Origin: Octopus vulgaris
Taxonomy: Eukaryota
Assembly: GCA_951406725.2 (NCBI GenBank)
Contig: OX597819.1
Span: 41,168,001-41,232,000, forward strand
Direction of reading: 5' to 3'
DNA length: 64,000 bases
The notes under the pieces were generated by a model. The model was not told the origin of the DNA. It did not search any database and saw only the letters and a list, made by a program, of their open reading frames with translations. The position numbers and the translations under genes are program-made. Shown piece by piece: positions 50,894-64,000 of this stretch (the first letter of the stretch is position 1; each line of letters starts with the position of its first letter).

Positions 50894-51133
50894 CTGAAAT
50901 AAGTAAAGAAAAAATTTCTTTTTTTTTACAAAACTGTCAAAATGGATTGATGGTGTTATTGATGGAATAAAAAAAAAAGTGGAAAAAAATATTAAATTAA
51001 AACAAACTATAAGTAAATTCATAAGCTATAAAACTCTATCTACTGAAAATTAATTGGTAATAATCTATACTAAAGATTGTATATAATTACTGAACATGTG
51101 TATGCACAATACAAACACATATATAATGAAGTA

Positions 51134-51180
<47 letters not shown>

Positions 51181-51182
<2 letters not shown>

Positions 51183-51466
51183 AAGGGAAATGGAAATTAA
51201 TTAAAATTTGCATTTCCAGTGGTCTAACGTGTAAAAAATTTAGTCAAAAAGACTATATATTAGTCATACAATATAGTGTATATCTAAACACATAAGAAAT
51301 CCACTTATAGGGATTCTACACGCTAGAAAGAACAGCTAGGTTCTATAACCACAAAAATTGGGGATAAAATTTTTGTAGTTATAGAACTTAGCTGTTCTTT
51401 CTAGCATGTAGAATCCTTATAAGTGGATTCCTTATGTGTTTAAATATACACTATATCGTATGACTA
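51181..51466. mobile_element. Asymmetric fold-back element in (TA)n
   Basis: About 80-nt unpaired leader followed by an inverted repeat of about 98 bp (51261-51358 / 51368-51466). Confidence 0.65.
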
Positions 51467-53518
51467 TATATATATATATCATTATCATCATCATCGTTTA
51501 ACGTCCGCTTTCCATGCCTATATATATATATATATAAAACCTACTGGGAAGTTTTAGAATATTTCTTATAATTCAATCTGTGTTTATTTAGTTGCATTTT
51601 ATAATTGCAAATGATGAAGAATACTGTTGTTATAGGCTTCCAGCAGGCCAATCAGTGTTTCACTGTATGACATGGCAAGGAATGCCATGAGTGTCTGCAA
51701 CTCAGTGCAAATCAAACATCACAGGAGACTTTATTAATGAAGCATCAGCTTTTTGGTTTACTTGCCAATGCTTATATCCTTCTCCAAAAGATAACCAAAT
51801 TCCATTCACATTTTATTAGTCAACTCAAGGTTGTGCTAGATCACACTTGGCCAAAGTACCACAGATTGAGATTAAATCTAAAACCACATGTTTGTATAGC
51901 AAACTCTTTAATCATATTTTTGTAAACAAATGTAACAAGATTATTGTGAACATATTAGACTAGGGTCAATAAAATAAGCACCAGTAATATACTGAGGTTC
52001 CGTTCAATGCACTTCACCCTCAAAATATCTGGCCATGTGCCAATGCTAGAAATCAATATAAAATAGTTTCATGAACAATTGGGAAAATATATGGTAGATA
52101 TTGTGGGAGAATAAAGATGGGTTGATCTGTAGTAATTCAATCAGATCTAAAAGTTAGATGATGAAAAATTATTTTTTCAATAAAGGCTCTCATCTTAAGA
52201 TTTGATGTAAGACAACATATCTATAAGGCAGCCAATTGGCAGAACTTTAGAGCATCAAATACATTACTTTGCAGTAATTGTTCTGGTTCTCTCTGGCTCT
52301 TACAGACATGTCTGACTTCAGATAGTATGTATTTGAATATTAGAATAATATTTTGGGGAAAATAACAAAATAGTAAAGCTGGAATTTAGTATATTTATAA
52401 ATGACATATTCAAAACAAAGAAATATTTAACTTCTGAATAATTGATATAGGTATGGCTGTATGTTTAAGAGGTTTGCTTTGCAACTAAATGGTTTCAGGG
52501 TTCAATCCTAATGTGTAACACTGCAAGCAAAGTGTTTTCTCTCATAGCCTCAGATTGACAAAAGTCTTTTGAGTGAAAGTTAGTTGATGAAAACCAAGAT
52601 GAAGTCCATTTTAAGGACAGTTCTTGCTCTTGCATGATAGAATCCGTTTCCAAAGTTAACATCACCACTTGGCGCAAGGTTACTTTTAGAGGAGCCCACT
52701 CTGTTGAACGATAACTATCTCCCTTCTTCCTGCCAACCCTGGAGGTCCTAAAAAAAGGGCTATGGTCCTGGCCATTTTTCTTCTGACTAAGCCGTTATAG
52801 AAGAAAGTAAAGAAAGTAAAATGAAAAAAATCTAGTGAAAAAAATACGATCTAATTCATAATACTGGAAAGACACAAAAATATCAACATATTTAGATACT
52901 GGTCAATTGAAACTGAACATTTGAAGCAAACATCAACTAAAATCAAGCAGATGGATAATAATAATAATAATAATAATACAATACAAAATTAAAATAAATA
53001 GCAGACACTAAGTAAATTAGAATATTAGCACCTTTTTAAATACCGAAACTTGGAATTAAAGAGCTTTTCGTATGATTCTTTGTATGGGTGGATGCAAAAG
53101 CATGTATATATGTATATATATATGCATATGCCACAAAGTTAGCAATTCAGGTATTCCTTTTCTCTCAATGTAAGTATACGTGGATAACGCTATATTTCCA
53201 AGTTTACAGAAATCAATAGAGGAATCTAGTAGAATTGCTGAACAAATAGGCACATGAAAAAAAGACTACAACTAACCGGCTCCCATTTGGAGAAATACAA
53301 ATTTAGATCAGTTGATAACATCTGCTTGGGTAAGATATTTAAATTATCTACTTTCTCTATTTTCCTCTTGCAGTAGTAATTGGAGCTCTGCTAGAGCTTT
53401 TTTACAAAAAACACAAGTTCCCTGTTATAGTCGCTAGAAGAGAGAAAAAGTAAAAAACAAAAAAAAAAAAAAAGAAACCAGAGACCATTAATTCAGAATT
53501 CACTCAGTTTTACCAATG

Positions 53519-54100
53519 ACAGCATACCTTTACTATTTACAGCACACCTTTACTATTTACAGCATTCTCTAGCAATTACAGATTATACCTTTCACAATTA
53601 ATTACAGCATACCTTTGACATTTACAGTATACCTATAGCAATTACAGAATATACCTTTAGCAAATACAGCATACCTTTACCATTTACAGCATTCTCTAGC
53701 AATTACAGTATATACCTTTAACAATTACAGCATACCTTTACTACTTACAGCATACCTTTACCATTTTACAGCATAGCTCTAGCAATTACAGAATATACCT
53801 TTAATAATTACAGCATAACTTTACCATTTACAGAATACCTTTAATAATTACAGCATAATGTTTTACCATTTACAGCAAACCTTTACCATTTATAGCAAAC
53901 CTCTAGTAATTTCAGAATACACCTTTAACAATTACAGCATAACGTTACCATTTACAGAATACCTTTAGCATTTATAGCATACCTCAATACCGTTATCTTT
54001 ATAGCATACATTTATCATTTATTGTATACCTTTAGCAATTGTAATACACCATTACCATTTATAGCACACCATTAATATTTACAGTATACCTTTAGGAATA
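53519..54100. repeat. Approximately 20-bp minisatellite (AGCATACCTTTACCATTTAC), about 28 diverged units
   Basis: Directly visible; 19-22 bp variants alternate. Confidence 0.93.
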
Positions 54101-54519
54101 ACAGTGTATTTTTAACTATTACGATAAATTTTGACCATTTACAGGTGTAGTCCCTCAGGTGGTCAGGTGCCCTCTTTGATACTCTTCTGACAACTTTAAG
54201 GAACATGGAGCACTCTGGCACTATGAGGCAATTCACATGACAGAAGACCAATCCAAGGTACAATCTATAACTTGCTGGTCACCATTGCCATCTTAGCCTG
54301 CAAAGCCACTGTGGTCAGAACTCCTAGTCCAAAGGGTGGGGATTGGATTGCGTAGACTGACGCTCACTTTAAAACTACTAAGTACAGGGAAGAAGAAAAA
54401 GCCCTGCAACATTAAGGGTTTGTTTACTTGGGGCTGTGCCACTCTTCTTCATGACCTTTGGACACAAAGAAACAGCCAACATCGTAATTAGCAATAACAG
54501 CACACCAGCAACTATCATA

Positions 54520-54555
<36 letters not shown>

Positions 54556-55152
54556 ATATATATATCTTACTAATTAAAAACCAACCAGACATTTGGTTGC
54601 GTTTGCATTGTAGTTTGTGTGGAGAATGACATCAAACAATTAAATGGGGCAGGGAAGGAGGAAGAAACCAAACAGTTATTGTGGGGGGGGGATCAAACAA
54701 TTCCTTTCAAGCGGGAAGAGATCAATTACTTTGGAGACGGAAAGAAATAAAAAACAATTACTTTGAGAAGAAGAATGAATGAAGTAATCACTTTGGTCAG
54801 ATGTATAACACCAACAGTTACTTGGAGCAAAAGCAGAAGTTAAACAATTACTTTGGGAGAAGAAATTGCTTTGAGAAGAAGTCAAACGATTATATTTTGT
54901 ATAGGGAATGATATCAAACAATTACAAATATTTAGTTATTAAAAAGGACTAGTGTTTCTTTATTATCAAATATTTTTAGCTTTGATATATTTCAATTTCT
55001 TTATTAAATTGCTTGTATATATAGATATAAAACACTCGCTATATGTAAATAATCGTATTATAAAATGTATTTACATACAGCCAATGGAGGTGAACTCAAC
55101 AGATGCAAAGAGTATTGCTGTTGACAATAAGAAATATTAATGATAATCTTAC

Positions 55153-55215
55153 CTTAAAGCAGTGAGATTTTTCGTATTCTTGCACATTGGTAGCAAAATC
55201 GGAATCTGGTGATAA
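55153..55215 (-). CDS. CHN1: Chimaerin exon, linker and C1 start (LSPDSDFATNVQEYEKSHCFK)
   Basis: Acceptor aaacag|T, donor AAG|gtaaga; 63 nt, phase 0-0; YEKxHxFK matches chimaerins. Confidence 0.9.
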
Positions 55216-56189
55216 CTGTTTAAATTGAAAGAATAAATAAATAGAGATGTTTACTGTACATATCCAACATGACTAAAATTATGAAATAGAATGTACGAGA
55301 AGAAAAATATTTTCCTGTGGGTCAATTTCAATACTAAGATAATCAGAGCAATAAAAAAACCTAAACAGTCTTAGAATCCTGCTTTTTCAAAAACATTTTT
55401 GTAATATTAATATTTTATAGCTGTTGAGTTGTTGTTTGGTCTGAGATAAACTTTCACTGAACAGAACTATAGCAGAAGGCATTCTGGCCATGATCATCTT
55501 ATTTGAGGCACTTGTAGCAATCTTAAGTGTTGTGGATTATCATTTTTAGTGTAATGAGAAAGATGAAATATAGCATTCTATATTTACCTTGAAAAAGATT
55601 TTAGTATTACATTAAGATAAGTAAGAGAATTATAAAACAATTTCACTATTATTTATTTTTTTGGTGACATAAATGTGAAACAATTAACACATAGCATAAG
55701 GATTATTTTTACTGTTTTTTGGGGTTTTTTTTTAACATTTTCTGTTAACTTTTCCTTGCCGGTGCAAATATGTTTGATGATTAAGAAGTTTGCTTTGCAA
55801 TCACATAATTTTGAATTCAATTCCACCATGCAGCATCTTGGACAAGTGTCTTCTACTAGAGCCTTGACTAACCAATACCTTGTGAGTGAATTTGGTAGAT
55901 GGAAACTATAGTAATGTACCAGTATTCAATCCTCAGAAGAGTTTTGTAAAGACCATAAAAAAAAAAATCATTAAAAAAAGCCTAGATCTCACTATACTTT
56001 GTGAGAGAATTTGGTAGATAGAAACTGTCCAGAAGCCCATCATTTGTATGTACGTGTGCATGAATGTTTACAATCTACACTGAAATACAACTGCAACCAA
56101 CACACCCGTTTCTGTCTCTTTCTTGTACCTCTCTCTCTATCTTTCTCTCTCACTGGGTAACCATGTACCTCCTCCATAGCAAAACACCT

Positions 56190-56586
56190 ATTTCTTATTT
56201 CTTTATTGCCCACAAGGGACTAAACATAGAGGGGACAAACAAGGACAGACAAAGGGATTAAGTCGTTTAGATCGACCCCAGTGTGTAACTGGTACTTAAT
56301 TTATCAACCCCGAAATGATGAAAAGCAAAGTCGACCTCAGCGGAATTTGAACTCAGAACGTAACGGCAGACGAAATCCCGCTAGGCATTTCATCCGGCGT
56401 GCTAACGTTTCTGCCAGCTCGCCGATTATATCAACCTGAGTACTTGACAAGTACTTATTTTACTGAGCTTGAAATGATTAAAAGGCAAAGTCAACCTCGG
56501 TAGAATTAGAGCTCAGAATGTAAAGACAGACAAAATGCTGCCAATCATTCTGTCAAACATGCTAACAGTTCTGCTAGTTCACCTCC
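56190..56586 (-). mobile_element. Two adjacent family A SINEs
   Basis: Family A motifs. Confidence 0.8.
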
Positions 56587-57206
56587 TTAGACTTTGTATA
56601 ATGACAAAGGACATAGTGTCTGACCTGTTGAGACACTATAGGAGGAAAATGAGGAATGTTTCAATACTTTGAGTTTGAAGATTACAGTATGAGTATATAG
56701 GATGTCTTGGGTTTGGACTATGAAGAAGGAACCCAAGAAAAAAACATACATCAGGTTTTCATAAGGGTTCAAAACTTCCCATGGTGAGAGTACAAGAGCA
56801 AAGCAGATACTTATGGACACATTCCATCCATTTCTACTATTGTCACTCAACACAGGGTAGGGTTTGTTGGCCACATCCACAGCCATTGTGCTGAACAACA
56901 AGCCACAGATGTTGTATCTTGGAAATGTCCATGCCCAGTAGTTGAGAGGACAAAGATCACTTCAATACATTGATGTTGTTGATAGAGACACACAAACATA
57001 AAACTGAGGATCTATCAAAGCTAAGTGTGGTGGGTGGTTGGGTGGGGGCAGAGATTTCTGGCACAGCACAGTGAAATGTATTTTAGTTATGGTCAGTTGA
57101 GGAAGGAAGGTTATTGTTTTTACTTGAAGTCTTTTGTCTTCATTTCGAGTTTCTAAGGAAAAAACCCCAGCCCTTCTCACAAGTTCAGCCTATGCCAAAG
57201 ATTACT

Positions 57207-57600
57207 TGACTTGACTTGGCAGACACTCATAAAATTATTAACCATCTTACAAACAATAACTCTGAGCACCTTTTCAAACTCCACCCGTCTAACACCAGTG
57301 GACATATTTACAAAGTCAGAAAACAGCACAGTTCCCATGACTTTAGGAAACATTTTTTCACGCTGAGAGTTGCTGAAGCAGGATACAAACTGCCAGCATC
57401 AGTTGTTAGTTGTCGGAGCACTGCATCCTTCAAAACTTCCATGCTTTCTGAGATTCGCCAACACTACACCTGATCTTTTCCCCTCCATACACACACAAGC
57501 ATGTATCTGACTCATACATTATTCGCTTTCCAGATTTTATATGCACTTTCTGACAAGTTGTGGTGCACCTGAGCACTGTATACAATAATTTCATTATTAT
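57207..57600 (+). mobile_element. CR1-like LINE 3' fragment
   Basis: Translation RKHFFTLRV...KLP..VV; same family as 48025. Confidence 0.85.
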
Positions 57601-58194
57601 TTTTTTTTATTAAAACAAGCACTGGAAACTCAAATACTGCCTCTCCAATAAATTATCTCAACAAATAGTACCTCCTATGGTACCTTCATACAACTAAAGT
57701 GAAGTGAACAATTGAAAGTTCACTATTTTTTGTTTATTTGAGGAAGTGTGTGTGTGTGTGGGGGGTACTGTAACTGTAAAACCTTGTCAAAAGTGAGTTG
57801 TAGTAGGAAAGGTAAAAAGAGGAAGTAAATTCCAGAGGAAATACACAAAATTCATTCATGGATGACTAACATTTGTCATCAAATGAATAAAAACATTATT
57901 AAAGCAACACAAGCCAACAAGGAAGCTTCAAGGAGATCACTCCAGTAGTTAGAAATAGCAGCCAAGTCTGTCTCAAACCACATCCTGCCATCTTAAAAAA
58001 GTAAAGACACATAGGATAGTGTAACCTATTAAATAACGACCAAAGTACACGTGTTCATTCATTCATTTCTTTTACATGTTTTTCCATTACTAAAACGTCG
58101 CTAATCCTTACCTGCTTTTAGAGTAAAAGAGTGTTCATTCCATTCCTATCTAAAAGCACAGTCACCAAATGTTTTTTTTTTTTTGATAGCGCCG

Positions 58195-59165
58195 CCCCGA
58201 CTGGCCTCGTGCCGGTGGCACATAAAAAGCACCATCCATTTGTGGCCGTTGCCAGCCTCGCCTGGCCCCCATGCCGGTGGCATGTAAAGAGCACCATCCG
58301 ATCGTGGCCGTTTGCCAGCCTCGTCTGGCACCTGTGCCGGTGGCACGTAAAAAGCACCCACTACACTCACGGAGTGGTTGGCGTTAGGAAGGGCATCCAG
58401 CCGTAGAAACATTGCCAGATCAGACTGGGTCTGGTGCAGCCTTCTGGCTTCCCAGACCCCAGTTGAACCGTCCAACCTATGCTAGCATGGAAAGCGGACA
58501 CTAAACGATGATGATGATGATGAAAATGTCAGACAGTGAGTGACACTTGATAGTGCTTTTTATTGATGTCATCATCCATAGCTCAGTAATTTTTCGAAGC
58601 ATTGCAGACTGTAAAACATTCACACAGTCACAGACAAACACAATGGGCTTTGCACAGTTTCTATCTATCAGGTTGACTTACAAGGCATTGGTTGGCCTGG
58701 GACTGCAATAGAAGACACTTGCCCAAGTTGCTGCAGAGTGGGACCAAATGCGGAACCAAATTACTCTTTTACTTGTTTCAGTCATTTGACTGTGGCCATG
58801 CTAGAGCACTGCCTTTAGTCAAGCAAATCGACCCCAGGACTTATTCTTTGTAAGCCGAGTACTTATTCTATCGGTCTCTTTTGCCGAACTGCTAAGTTAC
58901 GGCGACATAAACACACCAGCATCGGTTGTCAAGCGATGTTGGGGGGGACAAACACAGACACACAAACATATATACACACATATATGTATATATATACATA
59001 TATACAACGGGCTTCTTTCAGTTTCCGTCTACCAAATCCATTCACAAGGTTTTGGTCGACCCGAGGCTTTAGTAGAAGACACTTGCCCAAGGTGCCACGC
59101 AGTGGGACTGAACCCGGAGCCATGTGGTTGGTAAACAAGCTACTTACCACACAGCCACTCCTATG
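58195..59165. mobile_element. Family D SINE (+, 58195-58522) and family B SINEs (-, 58640-59165)
   Basis: Family motifs as above. Confidence 0.82.
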
Positions 59166-59382
59166 CCAAATGTTTGTAAAGCAAACTTCTTAATCACACA
59201 GCAGTAGTTGCAGCTTTTCCTTGAGAAAAACAGTGTAGTGGTCATGATTTTAAATGCTTTTCACTATAAATCTGTTCAATCAGGTCTGATTTGGGACTAA
59301 ATAACAACAACAACTGATATGATTAAAATGGATGTGAAGTATCTAAAACAACACAAAGCTAAAATAAACAACAACAATAATA

Positions 59383-59596
59383 ATCCTTTCTACAAAAGGT
59401 ACAAGACCTGAAATTTTGAGGGAAGGGAGTAATCAATTACACTGACCCCAGTGCTTCACTGGTACTTAATTTATGGACCCCAAAAGGATAAAAGGCAAAG
59501 CTGACCTTGGTGGAATTTGAACTCAGAATGTAAGGACGGATGAAATGCTACTAAGCATTTTGCCTGGCATACTAACGATTCTGCCAGCACACAACC

Positions 59597-59632
<36 letters not shown>

Positions 59633-60392
59633 GTCCTCTGTACTACAGGCACAAGACCTGAAATTTTTGAAGGAAAGAGGTTAGTCAATTACATTGACCC
59701 CAGAATTTGACTGGTACTTATTTTGTCATCCCATGAAAGTTGGCCTTGGGACAACTTGAACTCAGAATGCAAAGAAGAATGACATGCCACTAAGCAGTTT
59801 GTCTGGTGTGCAAACAGTTTTGCTAGCTCACTAGCTTATAATTATTATTATTATTGAATGAGAGAGCAGTGCATGCCATCAAAGTGACACTGGGATAAAA
59901 TATACGAAGCCCAGTATACCCATCATGACTACCCGTCTAATAAGGATACACCAGGCACATGCATCACAACTATATGTGCGCGACATGGTGATCTCATTTC
60001 AAGATAAACAGCACATGACCGTAGAATTTTCTTCTGGTCGAGTAACCCATCCCACTCAAAAGGTTCCTGAATAAGGGTTGTTTAAGGATTTTGAATGAAA
60101 CACCCATATTTCCAGAGGTGAATTATTCAAACCCCAAAGAATCCCTCTCAACACACTGATATGATGCTCCCCAACTACTTCTGCTCGTGATCAGAGATGC
60201 ACATATCATCAGCCACTAAGGGACATGGTCAACTGGTTAAGGTCAAACAACTGACAAGCAAATCTGTGGTATTGAGTATAATATTTGCTGTGGCCCTTCT
60301 TTTATACCAAGCCAAAACAATGTACATGGTAACACTCCCAATCAGTTAAAATCAGAAGCCATGAGAGCCACTGTCTGGTACTGCATCAGGAC

Positions 60393-60426
<34 letters not shown>

Positions 60427-60650
60427 AACAACAACAACAACCCTTTCTATTATAGGCACAAGGCCTGAAATTTGGGGGGGGGGGGCTGGTCAATTACATT
60501 AACCCCAGTGCTCAACTGGTAGTTATTTCATCAACTCTGAAAGGACGAAAGGCCAAGTCAACCTTGACAGAATTTGAACATAGAATGTATAAATGGATGA
60601 AATGCTGCCAAGCATTTTTTCTGGTATGCTAACAATTCTGCCAACTCACA
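59383..60650 (-). mobile_element. Cluster of three family A SINEs (59383, 59635, 60441) with TAA/CAA microsatellites
   Basis: Family A central domain in each. Confidence 0.72.
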
Positions 60651-60794
60651 GCCACACGGCTGGTGCATCTCACTGCTTGCATTCCACTGCCAACCCGCAA
60701 AAACAACAAGTCAAGTAAATGTCTGATGTTGTAAAACCTAACAATTGATATTAAAAATGGATGCTACGTATTTAAATAAATAAATAAATAAATT

Positions 60795-61200
60795 TACTCT
60801 TTTACTTGTTTCAGTCATTCGACTGCGGCCATGCTGGGGCACCGCCTTTAGTCGAGCAATTCGACCCCGGGACTTATTCTTTGTAAGCCCAGTACTTATT
60901 CTATCGGTCTCTTTTTGCCGAACCGCTAAGTGACGGGGATGTAAACACACCAGCATCGGTTGTCAAGCAATGCTAGGAGGACAAACACAGACACACAAAC
61001 ATATACACACACATAAATATATATATACATATATACGACAGGCTTCTTTCAGTTTCCGTCTACCAAATCCACTCACAAGGCATTGGTCGGCCCGGGGCTA
61101 TAGCAGAAGACACTTGTCCAAGATGCCACGCAGTGGGACTGAACCCGGAACCATGTGGTTGGTAAACAAGCTACTTACCACACAGCCACTCCTGTGCCTA
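60795..61200 (-). mobile_element. SINE family B, full length
   Basis: Highly similar to 61753-62148 and 58761-59165. Confidence 0.88.
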
Positions 61201-61273
61201 TTGATAAAATTATGAATGCATGTTATTTAGAAACAAAAAAAATGATGTTTATGATATTTCTCTTGATTCTCAC

Positions 61274-61577
61274 CTGTTCATCAGAGGAGTTATTGTCAAC
61301 AGAACAATTTGATGTGGTAACTTGGTTGTTTGTACCGGTAGAGCTCCTCCGAGTGGTTGAGCGGGCCAACCTTTTCTTTTTGGTACTGTAGGCAAGATAT
61401 GGAGACTCGGCATAGTTTGAGATGGATAAGGATTCGATGTAGTCTGATGCCCGGGACTCCAGGTAAAATGTAATTAGTCCATCAGCAACAAGATCATGTA
61501 TGGTGTCGAACCGCTTCTCACCTACATAGTGCTGGCCATCATGGTATAGTTTAAAATTTTTGGTCTGTCCATCAAAT
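61274..61577 (-). CDS. CHN1: Chimaerin exon, SH2 C-terminal half and linker (FDGQTKNFKLYHDGQHYVGEKRFDTIHDLVADGLITFYLESRASDYI...SSDEQ)
   Basis: Acceptor ttttgcag|A, donor CAG|gtgaga; 304 nt, phase 2-0; not in the ORF track. Confidence 0.94.
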
Positions 61578-61752
61578 CTGCAAAAGACCAGTAAATTTAT
61601 GAGTAATTACTACCAGCATTAAATATATTATTTACATTGAAAATGATGGAAACATTCATTGAAACAATTTAAAAGTTGCTACTCTGAGTAAATTTAATAA
61701 GATTTCCCATGAAATTTTACCCATGTTTGTTTAGCTGAACAACAAATACACC

Positions 61753-62148
61753 TTTTACTCTTTTACATGTTTCAGACTGTGGCCATGCTGGAGCACCACC
61801 TTTAGTCGAGCAAATCGACCCCAGGACTTATTCTTTGTAAACCTAGTACTTATTCTATCGGTCTCTTTTGCCGAAACGCTAAGTGACGGGGCCGTTAACA
61901 CACCAGCATCAGTTGTCAAGCGATGTTGGGGAGACAAACACAGACACACAAACATATACACACACACATATACATACATATATACGACAGGCTTCTTTCA
62001 GTTTCCGTCTACCAAAATCCACTCACAAGGCTTTGGTCGGCCTGAGGCTATAGTAAAAGACACTTGCCCAAGGTGCCATGCAGTGGGACTGAACCCGGAA
62101 CCATGTGGTTTGTAAGCAAGCTACTTACCCCACAGCCACTCCTACGCC
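61753..62148 (-). mobile_element. SINE family B, full length
   Basis: Highly similar to 60795-61200. Confidence 0.88.
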
Positions 62149-63194
62149 TTGTTCATGATTTTGCAAAATGTGAATTTTTCGTACCCAAGATTAATTTTTA
62201 TTTTGACATTTCAGTGGACAAACGAGAGCACAGATACTTCCAAAAATAAGTTTGCTATGGAGACAGGATACTCCAGAAACATCTGATATATCATGATCAT
62301 CATCATCAGCATCACCATCCAACATCCATTTTCCATGTTGGCATGGGTTTGATGGTTTGACAAGAACTGGTGAGCCAGAGGAGTGTCTACTTCGCATGGT
62401 TTCTACAGCTGGATGCCCTTCCTAACATCATCTATTTTACAGTATGTACTGAGTACTTTTTATATGGTATAAGTACCAGTGGGGTCACTAAATAACTAGC
62501 AAAACAAGACCCCTCAATTCAAGTGGGAGGGAGGAGTATTGAGGGAGGTGGGTATGTGCTATGTGACATGAGGTTAAAGTATGATAGAGGGACAGAAACA
62601 AGTGTCTTGCTTTAGAGGAGATAGAAGAGATGAGAGGGTTGTGAAGATTGTGTCAGGGTATACCCCTGAAATACAGGGAGGTGAATAAAGAGAAGTGGTA
62701 TAGAAAACTAGACAGTTTAAGTGGGTAAGTAAATTTGTGAGAGAGCAAAATACTTCACACACACAACGGGCTTCTTTCAGTTTCCAGCAACCACATCCAT
62801 TCACAAAGTTTTGGCTGACCCGGGCCACTTGCCTGAGGTGTTGTGCATTGTGACTGTACCTGAAACCATGTGGTTGGGAAGCAAACTTTTCAACTGCACA
62901 GCTCTGTGTGTGTGTGTGTTGGTGGGGATATGGTTATGGACTTGCCAACTTTTATGCAGGAACTTTTTATGAGGCACCAGTGCTGGTGCTTTTCACATGT
63001 GAGCATGAACATCAATTACCTGTATCATCATTAACACCATCAGAGCAGGATACAGTGTTTACCTTCTCCCATAACTCAGCAGATGTATGAGGACTGGTGG
63101 AATGAAAAATACTTTACTTGAAAATCAAGTAAGTGTTGGTGACGGGAAGAGTATCTGGTTGTAGAAAATCTGCCTAAATAAGTTTAGTCTAACC

Positions 63195-63391
63195 CAGTGG
63201 TTTTCAACCAGGGTTCCGTGGAACCTTAGGGTTCCGCAAGAAGTTACAAAACTGCTAAAATTGGCAGTAATTTTTAAGTCTCCTGTGCAGATATGTGTGC
63301 ATAAGACTATTAAATTATTGCACAGGGGTTCCTCGAGCCAGTGGAATGTTTCCTTGGGGTTCCGCTCCAGCAAAAAGTTTGAAAAGCACTG
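63195..63391. mobile_element. hAT-like MITE, intact 197 bp
   Basis: CAGTG TIRs and a perfect 8-bp TSD GTCTAACC; inserted in a family D remnant. Confidence 0.9.
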
Positions 63392-63574
63392 GTCTAACCC
63401 ATGCCAACATGAAAATATTAATGTAAAAATATGATGATGATATACAATAGCATACCTACAAATTGTGGAAGAATTTATAAGTGATCTGATCTCAAAGTGC
63501 AAAAGTCTAATATTAGAAGTGAAGAATGGATAAAGATTAAGATTATATATATATAAATTAATGGCGATTCTTAC

Positions 63575-63688
63575 CTGATGGCCAGAGTGAAGGCCTCAGG
63601 TGCTCGGTCACTCTTACGTACAAGATAAGAACCATCCTTGTCATCAAGTAGTCGATCTGTATCTTCACGACTTATGTGCCCATGATAC
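63575..63688 (-). CDS. CHN1: Chimaerin exon, SH2 N-terminal half (YHGHISREDTDRLLDDKDGSYLVRKSDRAPEAFTLAIR)
   Basis: Acceptor ttttag|G, donor AG|gtaaga; 114 nt, phase 2-2. Confidence 0.93.
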
Positions 63689-64000
63689 CTAAAACACCAA
63701 AGATAATTATTAGAATGTCTAAGAAGACACTGCCTTACATAAAACAACAACAATTAAAAAAAAATAAATTGAGATATGAATAATATTTAACCTCTTCATT
63801 GCAGAAATCAGATATACCCAATCAAAATTTCATTATTCTTTAACTGCAGAAAGCAACTTTATATACCAATCTATCTTTTGTTGAGACATGTAAAATTTAC
63901 TGAGGTAACCTGACTTCTAGAAAATAGCAATTAAGCTTTCTGGTAGATATTTTACATCATTAATTAGAAGAACTATGAAATTTAATTTTGCAGTTAAAGG

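Larger units (their letters stand above)
25967..63688 (-). other. CHN1: Chimaerin gene span (SH2-C1-RhoGAP Rac GAP), 5'-incomplete, 9 coding exons in window
   Basis: Exons join in frame with GT-AG boundaries; the spliced protein has an SH2 domain (YHGHISRE..YLVRKS..GEKRFDTIHDLVADGLIT), a C1 domain ([34 protein letters not shown]) and a RhoGAP domain (EGMYRVAG, KLYFR, NMMSPENLAIVFAPTL). CHN1 versus CHN2 cannot be resolved, so it is likely a co-ortholog. Confidence 0.95.

Noticed and set aside
53519-54925. CRISPR-like appearance of periodic repeats
   Set aside because: Eukaryotic intron, no cas genes, repeats degenerate and not separated by unique fixed-length spacers
55216-55275. alpha1/beta1-type SH2-less chimaerin N-terminus by read-through upstream of the linker exon
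   Set aside because: Only 19 open codons, no ATG, bounded by TAG at 55273-55275

Overview
AT-rich, repeat-dense eukaryotic DNA. The SINE families and (TA)n/(TAA)n content point to an octopod cephalopod; this is my recollection of the families, not a database hit. One protein-coding gene is well supported: a minus-strand chimaerin (SH2-C1-RhoGAP; CHN1/CHN2 co-ortholog). Nine phase-consistent GT-AG coding exons (63688 down to the stop at 25967, 1237 nt, about 411 aa) could be assembled by hand, and its 5' exons lie beyond the window. Everything else is intronic or intergenic: at least four SINE families, CR1-like and RTE LINE fragments, hAT-, Merlin-, piggyBac- and Helitron-like non-autonomous elements, minisatellites and a 3.3 kb TA-rich block. 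Almost all ORF-track entries are repeat artefacts. The most notable findings are: (i) several asymmetric fold-back elements in (TA)n/(TAA)n tracts carrying minimal type-I hammerhead ribozyme motifs, a Penelope/retrozyme-like architecture; (ii) a SINE that appears to insert into its own internal site; (iii) a Pro11Leu change in the chimaerin C1 ligand loop; (iv) a possible in-frame alternative last exon; (v) an intronic array of 5' splice-site-like motifs.
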